IMG/VR virus record: IMGVR_UViG_3300027877_000013 | Span: 1-33,869 of that record | Reading direction: 5' to 3' (one strand) | Length of the DNA: 33,869 bases | Origin: a virus | Lineage: Duplodnaviria; Caudoviricetes | Part shown: piece by piece, positions 15,638 through 25,345 of the stretch | How the letters are laid out: each line of letters starts with the position of its first letter | Position numbering within the stretch: position 1 is the first letter of the stretch | Program-made: the position numbers and the translations under genes | The notes under the pieces: model-generated | Databases searched by the model: none | Told to the model about the DNA's origin: nothing | Seen by the model: only the letters and a program-made list of their open reading frames with translations

Positions 15638-16975
15638 ATGTCTCTTGCCGATTTCGTTTCCATCTCTGTATCGCCAGCCGCAGCTGTTCCTTCTGTTCCC
15701 GCGCAAGACATCCCACTTGTAGCCGCTTACGTGACTGCAACAGAAGCGACGGCCAATGGGTTCACTTCGAGGGTCCGTGAGTATTCGAGTTTGGCTGGCG
15801 TTGCGGCTGACTTCCCGACTTACAGCGCCTCTTACCGCGCCATGGCACCTCTATTCAGCCAAGCGTCTGCGGTTGACCGAGTGATGTTGGGTCGTCTCGA
15901 CAACCCGCCTGACTTGACAATCGACTTCACTCCCGTCATCGCCAACTCGTCTACATACGCGATTGACATTGTTGGACCGACTGGCATTAGCGCCACGTTC
16001 TCTTACGCGTCTGACAGCACCACGACCGCGGCTGAGGTCATCGGCGCTCTTGTGACGGCCATCAACGCGGGTAGCACTCTCGTTGTTGCGACAGATGGAA
16101 CGACCTATCTCCGCCTTAAGGCTTCGGCGCCTGGCGTCTTCTTCACTGCAGTCCCGAGCGCTCTGTCGCTTGCTCGTTGGACGGTTTCGCAGAATCAAGC
16201 GGATGCTGGTCTAGCGGCTGACCTTGCGGCCATTGCTCTTGAGAACAACGAATGGTACACGCTTCACATGGCGACCGCTGGCAAGGCTGAACTCGTCATC
16301 GCGGCTGCATACGCCCTGGCGAATGAGAAGCTTGCGGTTCTTTCGACTCAGGACTCGGCTGTCTATGACGGTGCCTCGACGACCGACGTTGCTTACGTTG
16401 TCAAGGCGACCAACAACGACCGGTGTGACCTGGTGTTCTCGCGTACGGCTGGCTCAACTCTCCCCGGTACCGCACTAGCCGGCTATGTTCTGACCCGCGA
16501 CCCGGGTTCGGTTACCTTCCGCTCGGCCAAAATCAACGGCGTGGTTGCCGATGCTCTGACTGATACACAGAAGGTAGCGGCTCAAGCCAAGAATTGCGGA
16601 ATCGTGTATTCATACGGTGGTGTCACTGTTGTCAATGCCCCGTTCAACACCAAGGGCACACTGGCTCACAACACACGAGACCTCGATTGGTTCAAGGCTC
16701 AGTTGTCCCAAGAGATCGCGATTTGCGAGACGCAGAACGACAAGATTCCCTTCACAGATGAAGGTATCGCAACCATCGAGTCCGCAATCCGCGGCGTCTG
16801 CGCACGAGCCGAGAAGGCTGGCGTTTGGGCTTCGGGTTGGACTGTGGTTATGCCGACTGCCGCAAGCGTCTCGAGTGCCAACAAAGCCCTCGGAATTCTC
16901 CCCAATGTCGCGGTTGGTGTCCAGTTCACTGGCGCAATCCTCCGGACTCTCATCAACCTCACTGTCACTCTGTAA
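15638..16975 (+). CDS. tail sheath protein (DUF3383-like)
   Basis: RVREYSSLAGVAADF, LFSQ, EWY, PGSVTF, RDLDWF, KIPFTDEGIATI. Confidence 0.92.
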   Translation: MSLADFVSISVSPAAAVPSVPAQDIPLVAAYVTATEATANGFTSRVREYSSLAGVAADFPTYSASYRAMAPLFSQASAVDRVMLGRLDNPPDLTIDFTPVIANSSTYAIDIVGPTGISATFSYASDSTTTAAEVIGALVTAINAGSTLVVATDGTTYLRLKASAPGVFFTAVPSALSLARWTVSQNQADAGLAADLAAIALENNEWYTLHMATAGKAELVIAAAYALANEKLAVLSTQDSAVYDGASTTDVAYVVKATNNDRCDLVFSRTAGSTLPGTALAGYVLTRDPGSVTFRSAKINGVVADALTDTQKVAAQAKNCGIVYSYGGVTVVNAPFNTKGTLAHNTRDLDWFKAQLSQEIAICETQNDKIPFTDEGIATIESAIRGVCARAEKAGVWASGWTVVMPTAASVSSANKALGILPNVAVGVQFTGAILRTLINLTVTL

Positions 16976-16986
16976 GGAATACGTCA

Positions 16987-17400
16987 ATGCCCCAATACTC
17001 CGCGAACAAACTTCAGACCGTTTATGGTGGCGTCAAGGCGCTCCAAGTCGAATTCGTCAAGGTCACGCCGTCTGCACCCATGACGTCTAGCACCATGCTT
17101 GTCGATGGCACCGAAGTCGTCAACGTGAGCGCTGACAACTCGGCTGATATCGAGGTCACCATTGCTCAGACCTCGGTCACTAACTCCCTTTGGTCGGCAG
17201 ATGTGACTGCCATGAAGGCGCTTGGCACCGTCATCTTCAAGCCGTTCTTGCTCAAAGACTTGAACGGTACGACTCTGATGTCTTCGGACTCGGCTTATCT
17301 GACTGGCTACCCAGACGTCGAGTTCGCAAAAGAGTCGGGCAACCGGGTTTGGAAGATCCGTTGCTCGAAACTCCAAGTTCACGTTGGTAGCAATTTCTAA
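16987..17400 (+). CDS. tail tube protein (DUF3277-like)
   Basis: MPQYSAN..., IEVTIAQTSVTNSL, KDLNGTT, PDVEFAKESGNRVWKI; TAAGGA RBS. Confidence 0.85.
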   Translation: MPQYSANKLQTVYGGVKALQVEFVKVTPSAPMTSSTMLVDGTEVVNVSADNSADIEVTIAQTSVTNSLWSADVTAMKALGTVIFKPFLLKDLNGTTLMSSDSAYLTGYPDVEFAKESGNRVWKIRCSKLQVHVGSNF

Positions 17401-17419
17401 CAAATCCTGAGGAGGATTC

Positions 17420-17800
17420 ATGAAACTAACACTCGAGACAGTAGACGGACCCAAGGAAATCGAAATCAAGCCGCTTGGTGGTGTGACAGCCACCATGTTG
17501 CTCTCTCGTTTGCTCAAGAAGTTCGGCAAGCCACTGGGCAAATACATGCAGGCGAATAAGGGTGTCGACCTTCTCAAAGTCGGCATCGACTCGTTGCCGC
17601 TTGACATCCTTGATGAAGCCGAACTCACCCACGCGATGACCGTCCTTCTCTCCAAGGCGACGGTTGATGGCAAGGTCATCGACCCGGACTCGATATTCAC
17701 CGGTTGCTCGGACTCCCTCTTGAAGGCTTCGTTTGCGGCCTTGAAGCTGAACTTCGGTGCATCTTTCATGCGGCTGGTGAGCTCCAAACCGACACCGTAA
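17420..17800 (+). CDS. tail assembly chaperone
   Basis: Position after tube, GAGGAGG RBS, C-terminal LKLNFGASF. Confidence 0.75.
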   Translation: MKLTLETVDGPKEIEIKPLGGVTATMLLSRLLKKFGKPLGKYMQANKGVDLLKVGIDSLPLDILDEAELTHAMTVLLSKATVDGKVIDPDSIFTGCSDSLLKASFAALKLNFGASFMRLVSSKPTP

Positions 17801-18042
17801 GTCCCATTTGTGAGCACGGGATTGAAAACTGTCCCCTCTGTGCTTGCCTCATTGATGAATCGGAAAAGGAAACAGACGACATCGAAGACAATCAAACCTG
17901 GTTGCAATTGGTCATGCCGTACGATGGCCCTCAAATCGCAACCCACAACGAAATTGAAACCTGGACGTTCGACAAGTTGCTATTCATACACAAAGCATAC
18001 GTTCGAAGATGTAAGGTCCTAGCAGACGCACAGAAGAGGTAG
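17770..18042 (+). CDS. second chaperone segment, possibly reached by -1 frameshift (start uncertain)
   Basis: Open -1 frame 17704..18042 fills the gap to the tape measure gene; IATHNEIETWTFDKLL resembles pre-TMP chaperone tails; no RBS-ATG. Confidence 0.5.
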   Translation, partial: AAGELQTDTVSPICEHGIENCPLCACLIDESEKETDDIEDNQTWLQLVMPYDGPQIATHNEIETWTFDKLLFIHKAYVRRCKVLADAQKR

Positions 18043-18047
18043 TCAAA

Positions 18048-19607
18048 GTGCAGATAGCAGAATTATTCGCTACGCTTGGAATCAACCTCAAGTCTGAGGA
18101 ATGGACAAACGCAAACCAAGCACTAGAGCTCTTTGACAAGACTGTCGGTCGTGTTTTCGGTGGCATCAAGAAGGTCATCGGCGAAGGTCTCGAAGTCATC
18201 GAGCGTGTAGCAGACTCGGCAAACGAGGTGGGTCGTGTTTCCGAGCAATTCGGAATCGCGGCTGGAACACTCATCGAGCTTCGTGCGGCTGCAATGTTCG
18301 CCGATGTTTCAGTTGAGACACTCGACCAATCCCTAGGCAAGCTCGCTCGTACCGCTTCCGAAGCTGCCGATGGGTCCCAAGAGGCGATGGAAGCCATGTC
18401 TGGCATCGCCCTCAAAGACTCCGACGGTCAACTCAAGACGGTAGACAAACTCCTCTTGTCGGTAGCAGATAAGATGGAGGGTTTGAAGTCGGCAACAGAA
18501 CGGGTTGCGTTGGCCCAAAAGGTGTTCGGTCGTGGTGGAACCGCCATGGTTCCTATGCTGTCGAAGGGCCGAGCTGAAATCGAGAAGTCGATTGCAGTGG
18601 CCAGGAAGTATTCTGTCAAACTGACGGAAGGCCAGCGAGAAGCATCCGAAGCATTCGAATGGGCTCAGAAGTCATGGGCGTTGGCTCGCAAGTCACTCGA
18701 CAAGGTGTTTGCTTCGGAAGCCAACATCAAATCGTTTGCCAACATTTACCAAACATTTGCAGACTTGGCCTCCAACCCGGCGGTTAGGTATGCGATTGAC
18801 AAACTCGGGAAGGCGTTCAACCTACTACTGAAGGCGGTAGAGAAGCCGTTGGCTGCAATCAAAGAGTGGCTCGACGACTCGAAGAATCAAAAATTGGCTA
18901 TACAAGCACTTGACGCCGTCATCACGACTCTCGCCATGGTAGCGTTTCCAGCTCTCATCAAGGCTGTGTACGGGCTCATCACAGCATCGGCTGGCATCGC
19001 CCCGATGGTTGCAGCGTTCGCGGCGCTCGTTCTCATTGTTGACGACTTCTGGACTGGTCTACATGGTGGCGAGTCAGTCTTCGGCGATGTCGGCAAGTGG
19101 CTTGAGAACCTCGGCAACCAGATTGATGAAGCCGTCAAGAAAGCAGCCAAACTCACGCTGGGGGCATTGAAGGATGCTCTGATTTGGATCGGGAACTTCC
19201 TCGGCTGGAAAGAGATGAAGGATGACATTGTTGCCATCTGCGATTGGATTGACAAACTGATTGCCAAGATCTCCAAGTTCCGCGCCCTAGGTGGCGTCTC
19301 GAATACCGAGTTCAACCAAATCATCAAGACGACCCAAGAGCTTGTCAACCAGCCGTACGTGGCACCTAACCTTAGGACTATGCCACAGACGCCAGGTGTC
19401 AACTTCATTAGCCGTCAACCTAACCAGGTCGACCTTCCGCCCGCTGGCGCCAAGGTTGGAACCAATACGATGCCATTCGAGTCGACAACAACATTCACGT
19501 TCAATATCGCTGGCTCGGCTGACCCCCAAGCGATTGCGGCGACTGTTGACGAAGTTATGCAGAAGCGTCACCTCGAAGCCGTAGCAGCAATCCAAGGGCA
19601 ACGCTAA
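18048..19607 (+). CDS. tape measure protein
   Basis: IAELFATLGI start, helical Ala-rich body, ALAQKVFGRGG, LIVDDFWTGLHGGESVFG; GTG start with GAGG. Confidence 0.9.
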   Translation: MQIAELFATLGINLKSEEWTNANQALELFDKTVGRVFGGIKKVIGEGLEVIERVADSANEVGRVSEQFGIAAGTLIELRAAAMFADVSVETLDQSLGKLARTASEAADGSQEAMEAMSGIALKDSDGQLKTVDKLLLSVADKMEGLKSATERVALAQKVFGRGGTAMVPMLSKGRAEIEKSIAVARKYSVKLTEGQREASEAFEWAQKSWALARKSLDKVFASEANIKSFANIYQTFADLASNPAVRYAIDKLGKAFNLLLKAVEKPLAAIKEWLDDSKNQKLAIQALDAVITTLAMVAFPALIKAVYGLITASAGIAPMVAAFAALVLIVDDFWTGLHGGESVFGDVGKWLENLGNQIDEAVKKAAKLTLGALKDALIWIGNFLGWKEMKDDIVAICDWIDKLIAKISKFRALGGVSNTEFNQIIKTTQELVNQPYVAPNLRTMPQTPGVNFISRQPNQVDLPPAGAKVGTNTMPFESTTTFTFNIAGSADPQAIAATVDEVMQKRHLEAVAAIQGQR

Positions 19608-20140
19608 TGTCTACTCTTACAATATCAGTCGGAACTTCGTCCCTCGAACTCACGGGACTCGTTTCGGAAGGCAACGTTACTGACTCGACCGTAACTTCGG
19701 CGCCTTGCGAAGACGGATTTGACGTCGCATCGGGCAAGGTCGATAAGCCGCACGCCCTCAAAATCGAAGCCCTCGCCCAAGACTTCACCCATTCGAAAGA
19801 GGGCTACGTTGGCCGAGCCGCTCAGATTCTGAATCAACTTCGGTTGTGGCAGTCGGCTGCATCGAAGGTGACTGTCCGAACAGATGGCCCTTCATTCATC
19901 GACTACATCTTGACTAGCGTTGGCTACACTCGTACAAGCAAGGCGAGCCAACTCAAGTTGTCTCTCAACCTACAAGAAGTCAAGATGGTCAAGACGAAGT
20001 GGGTAGCGGGTAAGAAAGTCGTTGTTCAGAAGAGGTCTGCGGACACCAAAGGCAAGACTGAAGACAAGGTGGAGCCAGCCAAGGCGACAACTGACTCTGC
20101 GCCAACCCGAAGCCTTGCACACCGACTGCTGGGGCTCTAA
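19607..20140 (+). CDS. Dit-like tail tube initiator / baseplate protein
   Basis: STVTSAPCEDG...DKPHALKIE...VTVRT...YILTSV...LQEVKMV; synteny. Confidence 0.72.
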   Translation: MSTLTISVGTSSLELTGLVSEGNVTDSTVTSAPCEDGFDVASGKVDKPHALKIEALAQDFTHSKEGYVGRAAQILNQLRLWQSAASKVTVRTDGPSFIDYILTSVGYTRTSKASQLKLSLNLQEVKMVKTKWVAGKKVVVQKRSADTKGKTEDKVEPAKATTDSAPTRSLAHRLLGL

Positions 20141-20454
20141 TGGAATACTCAATCATACCTACGAAGACAGATGGAACTTGGTGGTATTCCCTCTACCTCG
20201 ACATCGATGGTTTGCCATACACGCTTGAGTTCAATTGGAATGAGCGGGACTCGAGTTGGACTTGTTCGATTGCTGACCAAGACGGCGTCATCGCAGTCTC
20301 GAAAGTCATCCCTGGCATTCGGCTGTTCAAATACACCGATTCTCGTTTGCCGACATCAGGAATCTTCCTCGACAAGGATGGCCCATCGGCCCCTGGGTTG
20401 TATGACTTGGGTGTCAATTACAAACTCATCGTTGTCAACCCATTGGCTGTCTAA
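20140..20454 (+). CDS. baseplate plug-like protein
   Basis: LDIDGLPYTLEFNWNERDSSW...DLGVNYKL; synteny. Confidence 0.75.
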   Translation: MEYSIIPTKTDGTWWYSLYLDIDGLPYTLEFNWNERDSSWTCSIADQDGVIAVSKVIPGIRLFKYTDSRLPTSGIFLDKDGPSAPGLYDLGVNYKLIVVNPLAV

Positions 20455-21365
20455 TGTTCCTACCTTCGTACACATTGAACGTTGTCTATGAGGCCAACCC
20501 GCCTCCTACTCGTTCCATTAAGGCGACGACTGCAACCCAGACTTGGACGGTTACGGACTTGAGGTGCGCTGTAACTGTCAAGGCGGACAACACCAAGAAT
20601 CCGAACACGTCTGAAATCAAACTCTGGAATGTGTCTCCTACTTCTCTCGCCAAGATGTCGACGTTGGGCGACGTCTCGTTGACAGTTGGCTACCAAGATG
20701 AAACCCAGGGTGTCATCTTCCGTGGCAACATCATGCAGTGCTTGACGACATCGGAAGCCGATGGCCAGGTCACCGCCCTTCGATGTTCCGATGGTGGGCG
20801 CGCCCATGCGCTCGGAAACATGCAAGTCAGCTTCAAGCCGAATTCGACGGCGACCCAAATCGCGAACAAACTGATCGACTCTGTCGTAGCCGAAACAGGC
20901 CTAGGTGAGGGCTCTGTCCGGGCGCTGGTTACGTCGATGACGCCGAAGGTGTACCGGAGGGGGTTCTCGGATTCCGGCTCGTCTCTGCGCATCCTAGGCG
21001 ATTTCTTAGTCGGCAATGGAATCGAACTCTCAATCCAAAACATGGCACTTCATGCCGTTCTACAGAATCAGCCTAGCAAAGCGGTAGTCTACGAGTTGAG
21101 CGCCCAGACCGGCTTGATTGGGTCACCTGATTTCACTTCGTCCGTCGACACTCTCAACAGCCTTGACACGAGTGCGGCTACCAAAGCCAAAGCCAAGATG
21201 AAGAAGTTGAAGTTGCAATGTTTGCTTCTGCCGCTCATTCAAGTCAATCAACAGGTTCACGTTACATCGAAGACCAAGAGTGGCTACTTCCAAGTAACAT
21301 CGATTGAGCACAAGTTCGACACCCATGGCAATACGCCCTGGACTACAACTCTTGAGGTTATGTAA
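20454..21365 (+). CDS. baseplate hub protein
   Basis: PNTSEIKLWNVS, LTVGY, IFRGNI, CSDGG, SIQN, TGLIGSP, HKFDTHG..W. Confidence 0.85.
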   Translation: MFLPSYTLNVVYEANPPPTRSIKATTATQTWTVTDLRCAVTVKADNTKNPNTSEIKLWNVSPTSLAKMSTLGDVSLTVGYQDETQGVIFRGNIMQCLTTSEADGQVTALRCSDGGRAHALGNMQVSFKPNSTATQIANKLIDSVVAETGLGEGSVRALVTSMTPKVYRRGFSDSGSSLRILGDFLVGNGIELSIQNMALHAVLQNQPSKAVVYELSAQTGLIGSPDFTSSVDTLNSLDTSAATKAKAKMKKLKLQCLLLPLIQVNQQVHVTSKTKSGYFQVTSIEHKFDTHGNTPWTTTLEVM

Positions 21366-22016
21366 TTGAATCCGGAACTATACGACATCATCCGACAGGC
21401 CATTAACGCTGGGTTGCACGTTTCGCTTCCTGCGAGAATCGAGTCATTCGACGCAGCGACCCAGACTTGTACCTGCCAACCCCTAGTCAAAGACACCACC
21501 CCAACCGGGGCTTACGTTCCATTCCCGATCCTCGTAGGTGTACCGGTTCAGTTCCCAGGTGGAAGCCAGTTCGCCGTCACCTTTCCCCTACAGCAGGGCG
21601 ACGAAGGTCTGGTTGTATTCTCTGACGTCGACACGGGTGCATGGGCTGACACAGGTAGCGTATCGACACCAGACACACAGCGTCAACACCATTTGTCCGA
21701 TGGCTTCTTTATACCTGGCACCCGAAGCAACGCCAAGAGGCTTTCCGAGTTCAAGACGGATGCGGCTGTCATCGGCAAGCAAGGCAACGTCGGAGTCCGA
21801 GTTGGATCAGGAAGTGTTGAACTAGGCGTCAAGCATTCGGAAGTGGCTACAGAAACCGTCATCCTTGGAACCACGTTCAAGACGGCGTTCGACACTTTCA
21901 TTCAAGCTCTGTCTGTCATGACAATCCCATACGTAGCCGAAGTCAAAGCGGCTGCAATCGCGCTCCAATCTTCCTTAGCAGCCGGTTACACGTCCCAAGT
22001 AGTCAAAGTCAAGTAA
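21366..22016 (+). CDS. baseplate central spike (Gp138 N-terminal-like)
   Basis: HVSLPARIESFD, VPVQFPGG, FPLQQGDEGLVVFSD, RQHHLSDGFFIPG; TTG start. Confidence 0.88.
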   Translation: MNPELYDIIRQAINAGLHVSLPARIESFDAATQTCTCQPLVKDTTPTGAYVPFPILVGVPVQFPGGSQFAVTFPLQQGDEGLVVFSDVDTGAWADTGSVSTPDTQRQHHLSDGFFIPGTRSNAKRLSEFKTDAAVIGKQGNVGVRVGSGSVELGVKHSEVATETVILGTTFKTAFDTFIQALSVMTIPYVAEVKAAAIALQSSLAAGYTSQVVKVK

Positions 22017-22045
22017 TTAGCCCCGTAGTTCTATCTAGGTGCATC

Positions 22046-22162
22046 ATGGCAGACAAACAATTCACTATTACTGGAACCGGGTCGCTTGTGGCTCAAGCTC
22101 GGGTGCTCGTGAAGGATTATGTCGACCTACCCCAATTCGTGCTCGCAGCCACCCCAGCCTAG
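22046..22162 (+). CDS. small ORF (38 aa) MADKQFTITGTGSLVAQARVLVKDYVDLPQFVLAATPA
   Basis: AGGTG RBS; fills the gap after the spike gene. Confidence 0.4.
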   Translation: MADKQFTITGTGSLVAQARVLVKDYVDLPQFVLAATPA

Positions 22163-22171
22163 GCCGCATCC

Positions 22172-22197
22172 GACCATTACTATACATTAAGCGGTAA
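22172..22197 (+). promoter_or_regulatory. putative late promoter GACC-N16-CGGTAA (accessory fibre module)
   Basis: Exact match 4 of 5; followed by AGGAG RBS and ATG 22231. Confidence 0.8.
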
Positions 22198-22230
22198 GAG
22201 ACTCTAACGGACCTCACTTCAGGAGTCTTA

Positions 22231-23439
22231 ATGTCGATTGCTATTCCAAGTCCGCTTCCTGATGTCTCGGCCGTTGTAGCTGGCAAGGTGTCGTTGTTTG
22301 ACCAAGTGCTAGGTGCTGGCATCAAAACGATGCCCAGTGCCCTTGGACTGCTTTCTAATCCTACGGCTCCTGTCTCCCCGGCCGGTGGAATCCGGTTCCG
22401 CAATAATGCTGGCGTAGCCGAAGTCTCCCAAAATGGTGGGGCGTATGCCGCCTTGGGCGTTGGAGGGGGTGGTGTTTGGGGTAGCATTACAGGCACTCTG
22501 TCTTCACAGACGGACCTTGTAACCGCCCTCGGACTTCGAGCTGCGCTGGCTGGCGCCGCATTCACGGGCGAAGTCTCTGTCCCATATGCCAAGTTCAACC
22601 CCGGGTCTGCACCTGGAACACCAGTTGAAGGCCACGTCTACTACGATTCAGCTGCGCACTCCCTCCGCTTCCGAGATAGCTCGACATGGATTGACTGTGG
22701 TGGCGCGGGTTCAGTTCCCGACGCTTCCGCCACAGTAGCAGGCAAAGTCAACCTTGTAGCCCAGACACTTGGCGCGGGTGCCAAGACGGTAGACCAGATC
22801 ATCACCCCCATCGTTTCGAATACGAACGGGACCGGAGCTTCTGACCTGGTTGTCCAGATTGGAACTTCAGTAGCCGACGGTTCCGTCAACTCAAGCGCCA
22901 AGTTGCTTTCATTGAGAACTGGCATCGGCGGGACTCCGGTAGAGAAGTTGTTCGTTCTGAAGTCTGGCTCTCTCACGAGCGCTTCATGTTTGGCGATGCT
23001 TTCTGACCCGAGCGCTCCCGTCAGTGCTTCGGGTGGTATCGCTTGGCGTTCGAATGCAGGCGTAGCTGAGTTGAGTTCAAATGGTGGGTCTTATACCACT
23101 TTGAATTCGATGCTGACAATTGACACACCGACCCAAATCACTTCGACATCAAACCACATTGCAGTCAGTCTGACGTCAGGTAGACACTTCTATCATACTC
23201 TGACAGAAAATACAACCCTTGATGCGCCATCGGGAGTTGCGGCTGGGATGAAGGGTTGTATTGACTTCTATCAACACGCTTCGGCTGTGAAGACACTGGC
23301 GTTCAATTCGTTCTGGAGATTTGGCGGCGGGGCTGTCCCTGCTTTGTCGACAACGGTAAACACCAAACATTTGCTTGTCTATTACATAGGCCACGACACG
23401 TCATATGCGACGTGTAAACTCATTGGGGCGATCGCCTAA
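22231..23439 (+). CDS. fibre-like virion protein with internal repeats
   Basis: WGSITGTLSSQTDL fibre motif; two duplicated segments; C-terminal TLTENTTLDAPSG...WRFGGGAVPALST domain seen in fibres. Confidence 0.68.
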   Translation: MSIAIPSPLPDVSAVVAGKVSLFDQVLGAGIKTMPSALGLLSNPTAPVSPAGGIRFRNNAGVAEVSQNGGAYAALGVGGGGVWGSITGTLSSQTDLVTALGLRAALAGAAFTGEVSVPYAKFNPGSAPGTPVEGHVYYDSAAHSLRFRDSSTWIDCGGAGSVPDASATVAGKVNLVAQTLGAGAKTVDQIITPIVSNTNGTGASDLVVQIGTSVADGSVNSSAKLLSLRTGIGGTPVEKLFVLKSGSLTSASCLAMLSDPSAPVSASGGIAWRSNAGVAELSSNGGSYTTLNSMLTIDTPTQITSTSNHIAVSLTSGRHFYHTLTENTTLDAPSGVAAGMKGCIDFYQHASAVKTLAFNSFWRFGGGAVPALSTTVNTKHLLVYYIGHDTSYATCKLIGAIA

Positions 23440-24101
23440 TGGATTCGACCAATGACATGTTGATGGATGAAGGTCTTGAGGGTTGGACTTCGATGACTTT
23501 AGGTATCGCTGGTACCTCTAACCGAATCTTCACCTACCAATACGGCGATGTTACCTACAACACTACGACTGGCGCCTTAGACTTCTCGGTTACGACTAGC
23601 GACGGCACTGGCGCCTTTGCCCAAACCAACCCAAACCTCAAGACGCCAGCCGGAGACTTCGACATTCGATTTGACTACAACATCACCCACTTCACGATTC
23701 CACTTTACGCGGGTACGTATACTCGACTCAGTACTCGGATTTATGACGCGGCACTTGGTGGCAATATTCAGTCCATTTACATAGGCATGCAAGAGCGTTA
23801 TGAGTCGCCACAGCGCTCATTCCGGGCATACACTACCGATTCGTCGGAATCAGGTTGCACGTACGTCGCCCGTCCTTCTGACTGCTTGGTGTCGAGCAAA
23901 ATCCGCTACATTCGAAGCGGGACCGTCATTACAGTTTATTACCTTACGGGCGGTGTCTGGACTTCGCTCTTGAGCAAGAACCCATGCAACACAACACCTT
24001 GGACTATCAATCTGAGCGCCAGTCAGTTCACGGCGGTTGACACGTCGACTTCGAACTTGAGCAACATGATCGTAGTCCAGAAAGCGGCGGATGCACCATG
24101 A
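23439..24101 (+). CDS. beta-rich protein, possible lectin-like receptor-binding partner
   Basis: GDFDIRFDY...KIRYIRSGTVITVYY...W resembles a ConA-like beta sandwich; TAATG coupled. Confidence 0.55.
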   Translation: MDSTNDMLMDEGLEGWTSMTLGIAGTSNRIFTYQYGDVTYNTTTGALDFSVTTSDGTGAFAQTNPNLKTPAGDFDIRFDYNITHFTIPLYAGTYTRLSTRIYDAALGGNIQSIYIGMQERYESPQRSFRAYTTDSSESGCTYVARPSDCLVSSKIRYIRSGTVITVYYLTGGVWTSLLSKNPCNTTPWTINLSASQFTAVDTSTSNLSNMIVVQKAADAP

Positions 24102-24253
24102 TTCCAGGTAAGACATACACTATCACCCTAAATACCGGCGTCGTCGAAGCTGTCTTCATTCGATTTACCAAAGGCGGTTGGCTTGATTGCGTAGTCAATG
24201 GCGACCCGGTTTGCTTCAGCCCAGACACTATCATCTCGTTCAAGGAAGTTTAA
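24098..24253 (+). CDS. small beta-rich ORF (51 aa) MIPGKTYTITLNTG...IISFKEV
   Basis: ATGA overlap upstream, stop abuts next ATG. Confidence 0.65.
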   Translation: MIPGKTYTITLNTGVVEAVFIRFTKGGWLDCVVNGDPVCFSPDTIISFKEV

Positions 24254-24487
24254 ATGGATACACAAGCTTTCATCGCAGCCCAAATAGCACAAGCCACAAG
24301 CAAGGCCGACCTTCGTCAGAAAGTGGCAGACGTTGTCAACGCTTTGAACGCCTTCTTGGCTGCACTGGATGCACAGTTGGATCATGCCCCTATATTGTTT
24401 GCCGCCCAGAATCCCGACTTCTTCGAGTTCGTAGAGAACTTGCCCATCCCTAGCTCGGCTCCCTTAGTAGACGTTCTCGACCCATAA
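24254..24487 (+). CDS. hypothetical protein
   Basis: AAGGAAG RBS; operon packing. Confidence 0.65.
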   Translation: MDTQAFIAAQIAQATSKADLRQKVADVVNALNAFLAALDAQLDHAPILFAAQNPDFFEFVENLPIPSSAPLVDVLDP

Positions 24488-24497
24488 CAGGCAACCA

Positions 24498-25343
24498 ATG
24501 TCCAATGTCCTAGTCACCATTTACGATTCGGCTGGCCTTCCTAAGGCAGATGCTACACCTACGTTCGTCGCCGTTCGGTCGACGACTGGCAGTCTTGTGA
24601 CTAGTCCAATCATCACCAATATTGGTTATGGTAACTACGAATTCGAACTCGAGGGCAACACAGGCTATCTGATAGCCACCGGTGCCAACCCGATGTATGT
24701 CGCGGGTGGGGTTGGTTCGGGTGTTTGGTCAGCACTGTATGCGAGTGACGGGACTCCGAAGTCAGATGCTAGCCCTACGGTTCAGGTCTTCTCTTGGACC
24801 GGAACTCCACTTGGAAGTCAGGCAATCACGAATTGCGGCGCTGGGCTGTATTGGTTCAGCTTTACTTCGGCTGCTATTTTCAAGATGGCGACTGGTTGCT
24901 TGCCGGCTTATTACGATGGGACGATTGACATCGGAGTTCCGGAAGAGATTGTTGTTCCTCCGATTGGGGTTCAAGAGCCGGTCGACAACGGCTGGCGTCA
25001 ATGGAAGATGAACCTGTCTTCTGGGTTGCCTGTCCTCGACTCGATGGGGCGTCGAATTCGGTTGAATCGGCCCGAGTCTTTGGCTCAAGCCCTGTGGATC
25101 CGTTGTGCACGATTCCGCAATGAATGGAAGTTCGACTTGGATTCTGGTTTGCCATATAACGACTGGAATGAGACACCGAACCCGAACCTAACTGTCATCC
25201 GTCAAACCGTCTATGATGAGCTCCTCAAAGTCAATGACGTCGCCTCAATCGATGAACTCCAAGTCACATTGGAAAGCGGCAATCTCAGGATTGTCGGTTC
25301 CGTCAAATGTAGCGATGGAACAACTGTTACCTTAGGAGTCTAA
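24498..25343 (+). CDS. gp25-like sheath initiator/wedge protein with N-terminal tandem repeats
   Basis: C-term ESLAQALWIR...FRNEWKFDLDSGLPY...ELLKVNDVASI directly before baseplate J; two ~68 aa repeats in front. Confidence 0.75.
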   Translation: MSNVLVTIYDSAGLPKADATPTFVAVRSTTGSLVTSPIITNIGYGNYEFELEGNTGYLIATGANPMYVAGGVGSGVWSALYASDGTPKSDASPTVQVFSWTGTPLGSQAITNCGAGLYWFSFTSAAIFKMATGCLPAYYDGTIDIGVPEEIVVPPIGVQEPVDNGWRQWKMNLSSGLPVLDSMGRRIRLNRPESLAQALWIRCARFRNEWKFDLDSGLPYNDWNETPNPNLTVIRQTVYDELLKVNDVASIDELQVTLESGNLRIVGSVKCSDGTTVTLGV

Positions 25344-25345
25344 AA

